Below are positions 1 through 9,732 of a stretch of DNA of 64,000 bases, one piece after another. Each line of letters opens with the position of its first letter. Position 1 is the first letter of the stretch. The DNA is taken from the NCBI GenBank assembly GCA_026414725.1, contig JAOAIL010000006.1, positions 390 through 64,389 of the forward strand, read 5' to 3'. The position numbers were made by a program, and so were the translations under genes. The notes below the pieces were generated by a model that ran no database searches, was not told where the DNA came from, and saw only the letters and a list, made by a program, of their open reading frames with translations. This DNA comes from a bacterium (lineage in GTDB: Bacteria; Ratteibacteria; UBA8468; B48-G9; JAFGKM01).

Positions 1-680
1 ACATCCAATGATAAAGAAAACCTTCTTGCACCTGGTTGATGAAGATAACTTATTGTAGGATTTAAAGGAGTTAAATAAATCTCTCTCAAAACAGTCGTAT
101 AAACAAGCGCATTCCCAAAAGATATAAGTGCATTCAAAGGATTACCAGGTGGGTTTACAATTCTTTCTCCAAATTCCCAGCCAGTAATTTTTTCAAAACA
201 ACCATAATATAGTTTCCTTGTATGTGCCTCTAAACTCATAAGTTCTGGTATGGTCTTCGCCTTTTCTATTTCTTTCTCAAACTCCTCTATCTGTGATATT
301 TCTTTTTTAAAGTCCTCTCTTTTTTGAAGATTTCTTTTTATATTGTGTATGGCACCCTGAACAAAACATCTTGCAAGAACAATTCTTTTTGTTCCATCAA
401 GATAATGTGCTACTTGTCTGATTAAAAGGTCTCCTGAGAGATTTGTCTCGCGTGGGTAAAAAGTTCCAGAATAATATCCATAATAATTAAATATATGGAT
501 ACAGATACCATTCTGAGCGGAAAAATTTAAAAACTTATTATTGAAGTCAACTTCTCCAAAGACAAACAACTGGTCTATATTTTCAACTGGAATTGGCTTT
601 TTACCTTCCATTGTTTCAAAAAATATGGTGTTTTCTTTTCGCTTCAATACTCCATTAGAAAAGATATAATAGTTCTTCAT
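1..680 (-). CDS. cas1: CRISPR-associated endonuclease Cas1, 5'-complete and 3'-truncated by the window edge
   Basis: My own translation of the minus strand from the ATG at 680-678 gives MKNYYIFSNGVLKRKENTIFFETMEGKKPIPVENIDQLFVFGEVDFNNKFLNFSAQNGICIHIFNYYGYY with no stop down to position 1. This is the classic type I-B Cas1 N-terminus. The start overlaps the cas4 stop as ATGA. Confidence 0.85.
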   Translation of the reverse strand, partial: MKNYYIFSNGVLKRKENTIFFETMEGKKPIPVENIDQLFVFGEVDFNNKFLNFSAQNGICIHIFNYYGYYSGTFYPRETNLSGDLLIRQVAHYLDGTKRIVLARCFVQGAIHNIKRNLQKREDFKKEISQIEEFEKEIEKAKTIPELMSLEAHTRKLYYGCFEKITGWEFGERIVNPPGNPLNALISFGNALVYTTVLREIYLTPLNPTISYLHQPGARRFSLSLD

Positions 681-1192
681 ATATAACAGAGTTCAAAATA
701 TGCACAGTTTCTGCAATATGGTTTTTTTACTACCTCAGGTGGTTTAGATAGGTCCATTATCTCTTTAATATTCTCTTCTGCATTTTCTATATTCCTTCTA
801 TCTTCATCTTTTAAAATTACCTCTATTTTTTTCATCAATTTAGGGTAATGAATTATTCCTCTTGTACATTCTACTCCTGTCCTCTGGAGTTTATAGATGT
901 AGAACTTTGTCTGCCATATATGTGCTTCTTCAAGATTCCTTGATTTTTTGACTTCATTAACTATTATTTCATTTCCAATCCTGAGAAAATCCACTTTTAT
1001 TGTGTCTCCTAACATTATCTCTTTATACCCTTCTCTTTTAAATGAACTCTCACTTAATACTTTACCCATCTCAACAAAATCAGAAAATTGCTCCATTCCT
1101 AATCCATGTGAGAACAACCATAGTTTCCTTTTACACACAATATAATAAGCGATATGTGTTCCAGTAATTCTATAATTTAATAAATCTACCAT
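677..1192 (-). CDS. cas4: CRISPR-associated exonuclease Cas4 (RecB-like nuclease with Fe-S cluster)
   Basis: N-terminal YYIVCKRKLWL motif, QTKFY RecB motif, and the C-terminal CRNCAYFELC cysteine cluster. Confidence 0.85.
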   Translation of the reverse strand: MVDLLNYRITGTHIAYYIVCKRKLWLFSHGLGMEQFSDFVEMGKVLSESSFKREGYKEIMLGDTIKVDFLRIGNEIIVNEVKKSRNLEEAHIWQTKFYIYKLQRTGVECTRGIIHYPKLMKKIEVILKDEDRRNIENAEENIKEIMDLSKPPEVVKKPYCRNCAYFELCYI

Positions 1193-1198
1193 TAGATT

Positions 1199-3712
1199 TT
1201 AAATAATAATTGACTGTTCTTTTATTTTGTTTACCTTTAAAACCCAAATATTCTCAGAATAACTCCGTAATTTTCTACTTATTTCAACATCTTTCTGCAC
1301 TATTTTATCTTTTAAAATATTCCATAAAGTATCTATTATTTCCCGTTCTTTTATTTTCCATCCTGATAAATTTATTACATATTTAGCTATGATTTCCTTT
1401 TTAAACCAAAGCCAAGTAATGTCCAAATTATTTAGAATAGCATCATTTATTTTTTTAATTATTTCATTTTCATGTTCTGATTTTATTATTGACATAGAAA
1501 AAATCTCTCTAAATAAATTATGCGCTTCTTCTTTATACTCAGAAACATAGCCAGCGTTCAAAATTGATACTGTCTGAAAAAAAGTATTGATATACTCTGA
1601 ATTTTCTAAATTGTCATAAAGTCCTTCAACCAACTTTTGTTTCTCCTTTTCTGTAAAATTATTTTTATTTTTTAAAATTTCTAGGGTTCCCTTCAATAAA
1701 ATCTCTTCATATATCTTTCCTTTCCCAGATTCTATATATCCTTTTTCTTTTATATAATAGACATATATGTTTTTTTCATTTTGAGAATAATAATTTTCAT
1801 ATGTAAAAATTCTATTTGAATCTTTAATACTTCCTGTTAATACATTTACTCTCCTCATTATTCTTCCCATACGTTGAATCAAAGAATCCATTGGAGCAAT
1901 CTCTGTAAATAAATAATCTGCATCTATATCCAATGATGCTTCAATAACTTGAGTAGCAACAAGTATTTTAGATTTATTCTCATCTTCGGGTTTAGGATTA
2001 TTGAATTCTTCTTCCAGTCTTTTTTCCTTTTCCTTTCTTTCTTCTAATGTAAATCTTGAATGTAGTATATCAAGGTATATTTTTTGATCTTTAGTACTAT
2101 TTTTTATGTATTCATACATTTCCTCTGCTTTTTCAACAGTATTACAAACCACAAGAACTCTTTTACCTTTTTTAGATTTATCTATAATTTCTCTTATATC
2201 ATCTGTAATACTTTTATCTCGCAATTCTATCTTATGCCTGATAAGATCGTCTTTTATTTCAGAATAATAATTAATAATATCGCTATCCGATATGACATTC
2301 TTATCTTTCAAATAATTCTTTACAAAATTAGGAAGTGTTGCTGTCATCAATAAAAATTTACCACCCAGAGAAACAATATCTTCTATTAATTTTACTATCA
2401 TTGCACATGCTTTTGGATTATATGCTTGAACTTCATCTATTACTAATCTTGAATAGCCTAAAGTTGCATAAACTTTTTCGTATTGAGGGTATTTTAAAGA
2501 TGCAGGAAAAATCTGGTCTCCTGTACATATATTTATGGGTAAAGAAAAATGTCTTGAAAGGTCTAGAATTTTAAGTAGTTCCCCATCTATATCTTCTGTT
2601 GAATTGCTTGATTTTTCCACCAAATAAAGGTCTGCATCTGAATGTAAAAGTCCCACATTTTCATTTATGAAAGGGTCTTCTTCTTTAAAAATAGCAGCAT
2701 TTGATTGGTTTAAGTATTTAGAGATACGGTCAAATATTTGGTTTGTGGCACATCTTAAAGGAAGTGTATAAAAAAGTTTCTCATCCTCTGACCACAATAA
2801 AGCAAATTCTGTTTTACCAATACCTGTCGGGGCAATAAGAATCAAATTTTTGTTTTTAAAATTTTCAACCATATCTTTCTGCCAAAATTGTTTGCCAAAA
2901 TGTTTTTCTAATATATTCTCAATAATAGAAATTCTTTTTGTTTCCTTTTCAACTTCGCATAAAGTAATACCACGGTGTTCTTGCCTTTCTACAAATGAAG
3001 TAAAATGGTCTGCTCTTATTAAAAAGCCAGAAAGAAAAATCCACAGATTAAGGTCTATTTTCAATTCTATTTCCAGTTTTAATCTCTCTGGTAGAAAATA
3101 AAGAGTGTACGGAGGGATTATCCCAATACTGGTTAAATTACCCCCTTGAGAAATTTGTTTTACAATATGTTCATCAAATGAAATATAATCAGTTACGGCC
3201 AATCCATCTATTTTAAAATTAGAAAAAATTTTTTTTAGTTCTTCCGTAAGTGTTGCTCCATTACTATTCTTTAACAGAAATTCTGCTGTTTCTCTCAAAT
3301 CATTATTTATTTGCAAAAGATACTTTTTTTCGTCTATTTTCCAGTGATGAAAAGCAACAGCAGATAAAAATGTTGTATATAAACTTTCGCTATTTCTACA
3401 TATTGTCTTTACTTTTTCCTTGTCTATGAAGAACAAGGATAGAATATTGTGTCTTACATAAGGAAATTTATTATTGGAAGTCAGGGTATTGGTATTACCT
3501 ATCTTTTTCTGAAAAGAAGGCGATATTTTCCCAAGGTCATGAAAAAATCCAGCCCATTTAAGCAGATATTTTAAATAATACTCATCAATATTAGAACCGT
3601 TTTTAAAATTGCCATAGTTTAATTTATCTAAAGGTAGTTTTTCAATTGTTTTTATCACATCTTCAGTGTGTTTAATTAATAGTACTCCACTAGATTTTGC
3701 CCATATATCCAT
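1199..3712 (-). CDS. cas3: Cas3 fused HD nuclease plus DExH helicase
   Basis: N-terminal HD motif FFHDLGK, Walker A LIAPTGIGKTEFAL, DEVQ box. 837 aa. Confidence 0.9.
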   Translation of the reverse strand: MDIWAKSSGVLLIKHTEDVIKTIEKLPLDKLNYGNFKNGSNIDEYYLKYLLKWAGFFHDLGKISPSFQKKIGNTNTLTSNNKFPYVRHNILSLFFIDKEKVKTICRNSESLYTTFLSAVAFHHWKIDEKKYLLQINNDLRETAEFLLKNSNGATLTEELKKIFSNFKIDGLAVTDYISFDEHIVKQISQGGNLTSIGIIPPYTLYFLPERLKLEIELKIDLNLWIFLSGFLIRADHFTSFVERQEHRGITLCEVEKETKRISIIENILEKHFGKQFWQKDMVENFKNKNLILIAPTGIGKTEFALLWSEDEKLFYTLPLRCATNQIFDRISKYLNQSNAAIFKEEDPFINENVGLLHSDADLYLVEKSSNSTEDIDGELLKILDLSRHFSLPINICTGDQIFPASLKYPQYEKVYATLGYSRLVIDEVQAYNPKACAMIVKLIEDIVSLGGKFLLMTATLPNFVKNYLKDKNVISDSDIINYYSEIKDDLIRHKIELRDKSITDDIREIIDKSKKGKRVLVVCNTVEKAEEMYEYIKNSTKDQKIYLDILHSRFTLEERKEKEKRLEEEFNNPKPEDENKSKILVATQVIEASLDIDADYLFTEIAPMDSLIQRMGRIMRRVNVLTGSIKDSNRIFTYENYYSQNEKNIYVYYIKEKGYIESGKGKIYEEILLKGTLEILKNKNNFTEKEKQKLVEGLYDNLENSEYINTFFQTVSILNAGYVSEYKEEAHNLFREIFSMSIIKSEHENEIIKKINDAILNNLDITWLWFKKEIIAKYVINLSGWKIKEREIIDTLWNILKDKIVQKDVEISRKLRSYSENIWVLKVNKIKEQSIII

Positions 3713-3726
3713 TTTAATACTCCGGA

Positions 3727-4578
3727 TTAAATCATTTTACACAAAAAAAGAGGAATATTCATTTCAGTATCTGTTATAAATTCAAAAGGTTTTCCGAAAT
3801 AAAAAGGAAACTCACCTTGTTCAAAAAGTTTCACAGGGATATGTCTAAAATTTCGGAAACCATCTTCTATTTTATAAAGCCCTGTGACTAGATGAAAACT
3901 CCCTTTAATTTTTAAGAAGAACTCCTTATAGTCAACAGGATAAAAATCTTTTTCAAACCAATTAGGATATTCTTTACTTTTCTTATTTCGTGGTCTTGGG
4001 TCAGGAATCCAAGTATAATAGTATAACTTTCCATAAAAAGGTTTTTTATTATTTTTATCAATATCAACTATCCTTATTGCTTCCTCTGGACTATCTTCAA
4101 ATACAATCCAGTCCTCTGCTCTTCCAAGATGTAAAGGATAAATTCTATTTTGTGGATTGTTAAATACCTCCTTCAATTCTATGATGAATTTTTCATCACT
4201 ATGGTAAATGTAGATGATAAGGTTTACATTCTCTAAAACATCTATTCTCGTAGGTATCTGTCTTCCTGGATGTTCAGGAATTTGGTCCATAGTTCTATTT
4301 TGTATAGTAATAAATCTATTTCTGTGCGAATTTGCTGACAAGTTTCTTAGCCATATATATTCTTTTGTCATTGATTCAAACTTTCCATAAATAGCAAGAC
4401 CTAACTCTTTTAACTTAACGAACTTCTCATCATTTTGGTCTTTTATTCCGAGAACATTACATATAAGTCCTATAACAGTAGAATAAGGAGGAATGGGATA
4501 AGTATGCCTTCTAGAAAGAGTGAACGGAATTCTATAATGAACATGGGGTTGATAAATTTTTAATCTCAAAAATTTCAT
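3727..4578 (-). CDS. cas5: Cas5 (Cas5t/Cas5h-type) Cascade subunit
   Basis: N-terminal LTYPIPPYSTVIGLICNVLG-type Cas5 signature; position between cas7 and cas3. Confidence 0.8.
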   Translation of the reverse strand: MKFLRLKIYQPHVHYRIPFTLSRRHTYPIPPYSTVIGLICNVLGIKDQNDEKFVKLKELGLAIYGKFESMTKEYIWLRNLSANSHRNRFITIQNRTMDQIPEHPGRQIPTRIDVLENVNLIIYIYHSDEKFIIELKEVFNNPQNRIYPLHLGRAEDWIVFEDSPEEAIRIVDIDKNNKKPFYGKLYYYTWIPDPRPRNKKSKEYPNWFEKDFYPVDYKEFFLKIKGSFHLVTGLYKIEDGFRNFRHIPVKLFEQGEFPFYFGKPFEFITDTEMNIPLFLCKMI

Positions 4579-4618
4579 TTTAACTATTCCTGTATTTGGT
4601 AAATTCTTTTCTTAAGAG

Positions 4619-5560
4619 CTATTTAAATAACTCTTTTATAAATATATCCCATTTTGCATATGAGTGCTTTTCTATAAAATCTGAACTCATTGCATCTGGT
4701 TCTCGAGATTCAACAAAAGTTAAACTTTTTCCATTTATTTTTTCAATCCAACCATTAGATATTCCATTCTGCAGTAAATTCTCCCTAATTCTAAATTTTG
4801 GTCTATGATTTTCTTTATAGAATTCCACATCAACAAAGGAATGAAATATTGGAATAGGAATCTTTACGATACCTGAAATCAAAAATAAAGGCACAATGCC
4901 AGGACATTCTCCAGAAGAATGATAGTAAAGACCATTGTAAATAGAAGTCAATATGTCTAGAACTCGTCCCTCCTTTTCTTGGTCAGAAATAACCAATCTG
5001 CCACTATCATCGGTTCCTATTTTTTTCAAATCCAACGTAAAGGAGGTTTTATAAAGCGACTTATGTTCTTCAGGATTATATGGATTTGGTTCAAGTTTTG
5101 CATCTGGATATTGTTTAACATATCTTCTAACTAAATCATGATTCGCATAGAAAGTAATATCTCCTGCCCATGGTTCAAAAGAAATAGATTTTGTTATTCC
5201 TATAGCGGATTTCCTTGTAATCTGTTTTCCTTTCCCCTTTTTATTACCTTTTTTAGTTCCCATATATCCAAAAACATCAAGTTCAGCATACTCTTTAATA
5301 TTACCTTTTTTAAGATCAAATTGAATAACATTACCATTGGCTCTTGTAACGGGCGCTTCTTTCCATCTTTCTGGATTCATCCTGTTAAGTGTTATCCAGA
5401 GGTAATGTCTCATTGCAGGCCTTGAAATAAATGAATATGCTTCTCCCCAACCTCTCATAAGTTTCTTGATAGAAGGAATATTTCCTGCTACTTTTTCTCC
5501 TCGGTTAAGAGCATCTGCTTCAAAAATAATAGTAATGGTTATTGCTTCCTTAATCTTCAT
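4619..5560 (-). CDS. cas7: Cas7 (Cst2/DevR-type) Cascade backbone subunit
   Basis: ITIIFEADALNRGEKVAGNI N-terminal Cas7 signature. 313 aa. Sits in the canonical I-B position. Confidence 0.8.
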   Translation of the reverse strand: MKIKEAITITIIFEADALNRGEKVAGNIPSIKKLMRGWGEAYSFISRPAMRHYLWITLNRMNPERWKEAPVTRANGNVIQFDLKKGNIKEYAELDVFGYMGTKKGNKKGKGKQITRKSAIGITKSISFEPWAGDITFYANHDLVRRYVKQYPDAKLEPNPYNPEEHKSLYKTSFTLDLKKIGTDDSGRLVISDQEKEGRVLDILTSIYNGLYYHSSGECPGIVPLFLISGIVKIPIPIFHSFVDVEFYKENHRPKFRIRENLLQNGISNGWIEKINGKSLTFVESREPDAMSSDFIEKHSYAKWDIFIKELFK

Positions 5561-5870
5561 TTTGTTCCTCCTTTATATTTTTTTGTAAAGTTAAAATAGG
5601 GGCTAGGAATGAGAAAAGTAATGTTTTAAAGTATATTTCATTCTCAGGTTTAAATGCTTCTATAAGTTCTTCAGGAAATTTCTTTCCATTTGTCTTAAAC
5701 CATCTAAGTAGTATATAAAAGACATTATCTTTATTCTCGAGACGAATCTGTTCAAGTAACCTGAAAGCGATGTTATCTATTGATTTCAACTCCTCCTCGG
5801 ATGCTAATTGTCTACTTATTTCTTTTCCTTTTTCTTTTAAATTCCACATTAGTATGTCTATATTAGCCAT
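5550..5870 (-). CDS. Small (106 aa) protein between cas8 and cas7, a putative separately encoded Cas11/small subunit
   Basis: Overlaps the cas8 stop by 8 nt and the cas7 start by 11 nt, so it is translationally coupled. Size and position fit a small subunit. No recognisable motif. Confidence 0.45.
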   Translation of the reverse strand: MANIDILMWNLKEKGKEISRQLASEEELKSIDNIAFRLLEQIRLENKDNVFYILLRWFKTNGKKFPEELIEAFKPENEIYFKTLLFSFLAPILTLQKNIKEEQNED

Positions 5871-7008
5871 ATCCCACCTCCGTTTTTAAGATTTTCATTA
5901 TTCTTGTATATAATTCTGACAAAAGGAGTGAAATTTTATAAAGATTATTTATATCCATTTTACTTTCACTTATATACTTTTTTACTGGATCGTTTTCAGA
6001 AATCCTTTCCTTATTTTTTATTTTTAATAGAGTCCTTAAAATAAAATAGTTTGCCTTTTCAAGTTCTGAAAATTTTCCATCAAGAAGTAAATTAAAAATT
6101 TTTATTTCTCCAATTCTATCTATTAAATTAGCAATTTCATAATCAATTAATATTCTTGTTATGTGATAAGGTAAATCATAATAATCAATAATATTTTCCA
6201 ATTTATTATTAATTCTAACCCTTCTTTTAACTATCATTTCAATATTCATCATTGTCCAGGTTCCAAGTAGTGCTCTTCTTTTGACAATCCACTGAAGTAA
6301 GGAAGTAGCAAAAAGTTTTTTAATGTTATATTGTTCATCCTTGATAAAAAATTTTTCAATAAATTTATTTAAATCCCATGTAAGATAGAATAAAGAAGTA
6401 TTTATAAAAACATCTTTGTAAAAAGATAAATGATGAAAAATTACTAAATAAGAACACAGATGACATAATGGTGTTGAGGTTTTAAAGTTCCAGAAGGAAT
6501 TAGGCATTTCTGTAATGGCTCCTCCTAATTCTTTAATATGTATTCCTTGAAATACTTCTCTTTGAGAGATAAATTTAATAAATGAATCTTTATTCTTTTT
6601 ATATGAAACATTTGTTAAAAATTTACTCTGTAAATCATCTAATACTTTTTGAGGTAAGAAATGCCCACAACACCAATTACAGGATTTATTATTTATTCTG
6701 GGTTCAACAGAAGATAATTTTTTAATATATTCTTCCTTAAAAAAATCTTCTTGATTTTTTTGTATATAATTTGGATATCTTTTATTTTTTCCATATATTT
6801 TAAACTCTTCGTTTAATTCCTTTTTATGATATTGTACAAGCAATTTATAACTTTCTTCTAAAACCTTTCTTTCTATCTCAACACTCCCATCATTATTAAA
6901 TTGAAAAGTATTATTTTTCCCAGCGAATTCTAAAATTCGTAACAGGCCGACCACGCCTGCGTTATATAGCCAGTTAGAAGGGTAAAGTGTTATTTTATTA
7001 TTTGCCAT
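5863..7008 (-). CDS. cas8: Cas8 large subunit, Cst1/Cas8a1-like (cas_CXXC_CXXC family), type I-B Tneap variant
   Basis: N-terminal TLYPSNWLYNAGVVGLLRIL and two Cys pairs (CNWCCGH and CHLCSY), characteristic of Cst1. 381 aa. Confidence 0.7.
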   Translation of the reverse strand: MANNKITLYPSNWLYNAGVVGLLRILEFAGKNNTFQFNNDGSVEIERKVLEESYKLLVQYHKKELNEEFKIYGKNKRYPNYIQKNQEDFFKEEYIKKLSSVEPRINNKSCNWCCGHFLPQKVLDDLQSKFLTNVSYKKNKDSFIKFISQREVFQGIHIKELGGAITEMPNSFWNFKTSTPLCHLCSYLVIFHHLSFYKDVFINTSLFYLTWDLNKFIEKFFIKDEQYNIKKLFATSLLQWIVKRRALLGTWTMMNIEMIVKRRVRINNKLENIIDYYDLPYHITRILIDYEIANLIDRIGEIKIFNLLLDGKFSELEKANYFILRTLLKIKNKERISENDPVKKYISESKMDINNLYKISLLLSELYTRIMKILKTEVGYG

Positions 7009-7568
7009 TTTTTCTTTATCTCTTCTATTATTTTTAATGTTTTTCTATTAACATCAGGATAATCTTCTACAGAAAGAATTGCTCCAAGATATAGATTAAA
7101 ATCCTGCAAAGGAAACTTTTTTTCAAAATCGCTTTCTACTTTTTCTTTTTCCCACTTATATTTACTATAAAGGAATGCAAAATCCACCAAATCTTTTGTT
7201 TCAATTCTTCTTCCAGCAGAATAGATTTTGTTAATGAATATGTCATAATCAGAAGCCATTTTTATTCCGTCATATACTTCAAGTGGATTTATATTTTTAA
7301 AAGGGAAAAAGATAAAAGAAACTTTTATTCCTTTAATTATAAAGTCAATATTATCCACAAACTTTTCTTCTTTTTCCAGTACAAAAAATTTTTTTATTTT
7401 TGAGGATATTCTCATATAAGAAAATTCTTCCTCAGTAAGGAAATCAAGGTCTTCACTAATTCTATGATTATACTTAAACATTAATACAGTCCCACCTGCA
7501 AGATAGAAATTTTTGAAATTATTCTGTATCTCCCTCGCTATTTTTTTCATTTGTTCTGTTTTTTCCAT
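6990..7568 (-). CDS. Nucleotidyltransferase of the AbiEii/DUF1814 (type IV toxin-like) family, embedded in the cas operon
   Basis: N-terminal minimal-NTase motif FYLAGGTVLMFKYNHRISEDLDF matches the AbiEii LKGGTAL...R.SEDIDF consensus. Overlaps both neighbours. Confidence 0.6.
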   Translation of the reverse strand: MEKTEQMKKIAREIQNNFKNFYLAGGTVLMFKYNHRISEDLDFLTEEEFSYMRISSKIKKFFVLEKEEKFVDNIDFIIKGIKVSFIFFPFKNINPLEVYDGIKMASDYDIFINKIYSAGRRIETKDLVDFAFLYSKYKWEKEKVESDFEKKFPLQDFNLYLGAILSVEDYPDVNRKTLKIIEEIKKKWQIIK

Positions 7569-7819
7569 ATCTTTATCCAGAATTTTACTCCCCTTTTTAC
7601 TTCAGGGTATTTAAAAGCAATTTTGAAAGTTTCTTCAGGATATTGATAATAAATTTCTTTTATATCTTCAAAATTACCATAGGTGAGTATTCTTAATATA
7701 TACTTTTCAAGGACAACATCTTTTGCACAATCCCAGAATATACTTCTATATTTTTCAGGAATGTTTACTTTTTCTTTATATGTAATATTTATTCTTTGAG
7801 TTTTTCCTATGGTCTTCAT
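7547..7819 (-). CDS. 90-aa protein of unknown function, upstream partner of the NTase (possible antitoxin/adaptor)
   Basis: 6 nt after the cas6 stop, with a 22-nt overlap with the NTase gene. No recognised motif. Confidence 0.4.
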   Translation of the reverse strand: MKTIGKTQRINITYKEKVNIPEKYRSIFWDCAKDVVLEKYILRILTYGNFEDIKEIYYQYPEETFKIAFKYPEVKRGVKFWIKIWKKQNK

Positions 7820-7825
7820 CTTATC

Positions 7826-8572
7826 TCATAACTGTTTTATTACATCAATCATTCCAAAACCCTGGCCAGTTCTTACTCCTATCCCAAAATCATATAAAAA
7901 TTGCAATACTTCAGGATTCCCTTCAAGGGAAAAGCCACCTTTAAATCCTTTTGCATATCCACCAAAAACAGGAACTATTATTTCTGTTATTCTATAATCC
8001 GGTAGGATATTAAATTGTATATTACTTTTCAATGTTTTTCCTAAGATAGAACTATAACTTATTGCTGTTCTTTCATTAAATACTTCATTGAACTTCTGTA
8101 TGTTATCTTTTGAGGGAACTGTAAACCATTCAGAAAAGTTAGAAGGAGAAGCAGATGGGTCTGTCATTACTATTGCACCTATGGATTTACAAATAATCTT
8201 TGAGGAATTTATCCTACGCTGTGGGAGAAGTTGTATATTCTCAAGGACAAACTTTACTCCTTCAATTTCTATAAATGCATTCTCGTTCTTTTGAAGAGAT
8301 AGTATTCCATTCCAAAAGTGAGAAATTACTGAAATATCACCGGAAGAAAAAATGATAGATATATCAGGTCCTAAAATACCTTTCTCCCAGTTTAGCCCGA
8401 GAAATGGAGAATAGACATAGGGTTTTACCTTCTTGGTACTAAATAGTTCTTCGTATTCTAATTGTGAGGCGGTGGAGAATATCTTTTTAAGAAATGATAT
8501 GAAATACTTTCTGATGTCTTTATTCTTTTCTGTCTTTATAGAGTTGCCTTTCAAAATAAGAGAAAATCGCAT
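7826..8572 (-). CDS. cas6: Cas6 crRNA endoribonuclease
   Basis: MRFSLILK N-terminus and the C-terminal glycine-rich loop GVRTGQGFGMIDV. Confidence 0.8.
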   Translation of the reverse strand: MRFSLILKGNSIKTEKNKDIRKYFISFLKKIFSTASQLEYEELFSTKKVKPYVYSPFLGLNWEKGILGPDISIIFSSGDISVISHFWNGILSLQKNENAFIEIEGVKFVLENIQLLPQRRINSSKIICKSIGAIVMTDPSASPSNFSEWFTVPSKDNIQKFNEVFNERTAISYSSILGKTLKSNIQFNILPDYRITEIIVPVFGGYAKGFKGGFSLEGNPEVLQFLYDFGIGVRTGQGFGMIDVIKQL

Positions 8573-8652
8573 TTTAATTATTTTACCTTTAATTTATAAA
8601 AGTGTAAATAGATGTTATTACATTGTCTTACTCTTTCCTTGCATCTTTCTTC

Positions 8653-8925
8653 AGGAGAGGGTAAAAGACCAATCCCTCCCGTATTAGGGGGTGGGAAAAT
8701 AAGTGTGGGTAGAGAATAAAGCAACGGTTTCACCCTCACCCGTACCCTCTCCCCTCAAGGGAGAGGATATAGAATAAAGAATTGAGGAGAAAGTAAGGGA
8801 AGATTTCATTCCCACCCTGTTCTGACGGACTTAAGACACCCACCTCACCATCTCGGTGGGTGTGCTATACAATGTTCCTTACCCGTCGCACCAGCACCCA
8901 TCTCTCCTCAAGAGAGGGGAAATAA
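8653..8925. repeat. Composite GC-rich multi-hairpin intergenic repeat, including a reverse-orientation copy of the 95-nt module
   Basis: Contains CACCCTCACCCgtaCCCTCTCCCCTCAAGGGAGAGG and a 95-nt module at about 8806-8900. Confidence 0.8.
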
Positions 8926-8967
8926 GGTGGTTTTATAAAAAAGGGTGGATGTGGTAAGATATAAGGG

Positions 8968-9732
8968 ATGGAAGCAAAAAAATTCATAATAAAAGATAAT
9001 CTTTTTCTGACAGAAAAACTTTATCTATTGGAATTAGAAGGAAATTTTAATAAGGTACCTGTACCTGGACAGTTTGTACATATAAAGATAGAGCCATTCT
9101 TTTTAAGAAGACCTTTTTCTATCGCAGGATATAGCAAAAATTATTTAAAGATAGTTTATAAAGTGGTAGGAAGAGCAACTGAGGTATTGAGTAGAAAACA
9201 AAATGGAGAATTACTTGATGTTATAGGACCACTGGGAAATGGTTTTCCTGTTAATAAAAAATGGAAAAATATATATCTTGCTGGTGGAGGAACAGGTATT
9301 GCTCCCCTTCTATTTCTCACAGAAGCATTATTACAGCAAAACTGTAGTATAACTTTTTTTTATGGAGCAAGAACTTCTGAATGTATTGCTTTTAATATCC
9401 TGCCTTATAAAGTTAACTATGTATTTTCTACTGATGATGGTTCTTATGGGGAGAAGGGATTACTCGGTGATATACTTGAAAAACATATAGAGAAAGATGG
9501 TTCACCAGATGTTATATATGGAGGAGGACCTTACGGATTACTTAAAGATATAGCGAGAATTTCTCAGGAATATGAAACACCTGCTTTTGTTTCAATGGAA
9601 AACAGGATGGCGTGTGGAGTGGGTATATGTTATGGATGTGTCACTAAAATAAAAGGGAAAAATGGATGGGAATATAAAAGAGTATGTAAGGATGGACCTG
9701 TTTTTAATGTAAAAGAGGTTGTATGGGAATAA
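8968..9732 (+). CDS. pyrK: Dihydroorotate dehydrogenase electron-transfer subunit
   Basis: FAD/NAD-binding fold and C-terminal 2Fe-2S motif CGVGICYGCV. Confidence 0.9.
   Translation: MEAKKFIIKDNLFLTEKLYLLELEGNFNKVPVPGQFVHIKIEPFFLRRPFSIAGYSKNYLKIVYKVVGRATEVLSRKQNGELLDVIGPLGNGFPVNKKWKNIYLAGGGTGIAPLLFLTEALLQQNCSITFFYGARTSECIAFNILPYKVNYVFSTDDGSYGEKGLLGDILEKHIEKDGSPDVIYGGGPYGLLKDIARISQEYETPAFVSMENRMACGVGICYGCVTKIKGKNGWEYKRVCKDGPVFNVKEVVWE

Noticed and set aside
2084-3101. Plus-strand ORFs inside cas3 (2084..2353, 2335..2574, 2850..3101) and similar antisense ORFs inside pyrD, pnp, purL, fucI, aspS and other genes.
   Set aside because: Low-complexity translations antisense to well-supported genes. 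No motifs. Typical AT-rich antisense frames.
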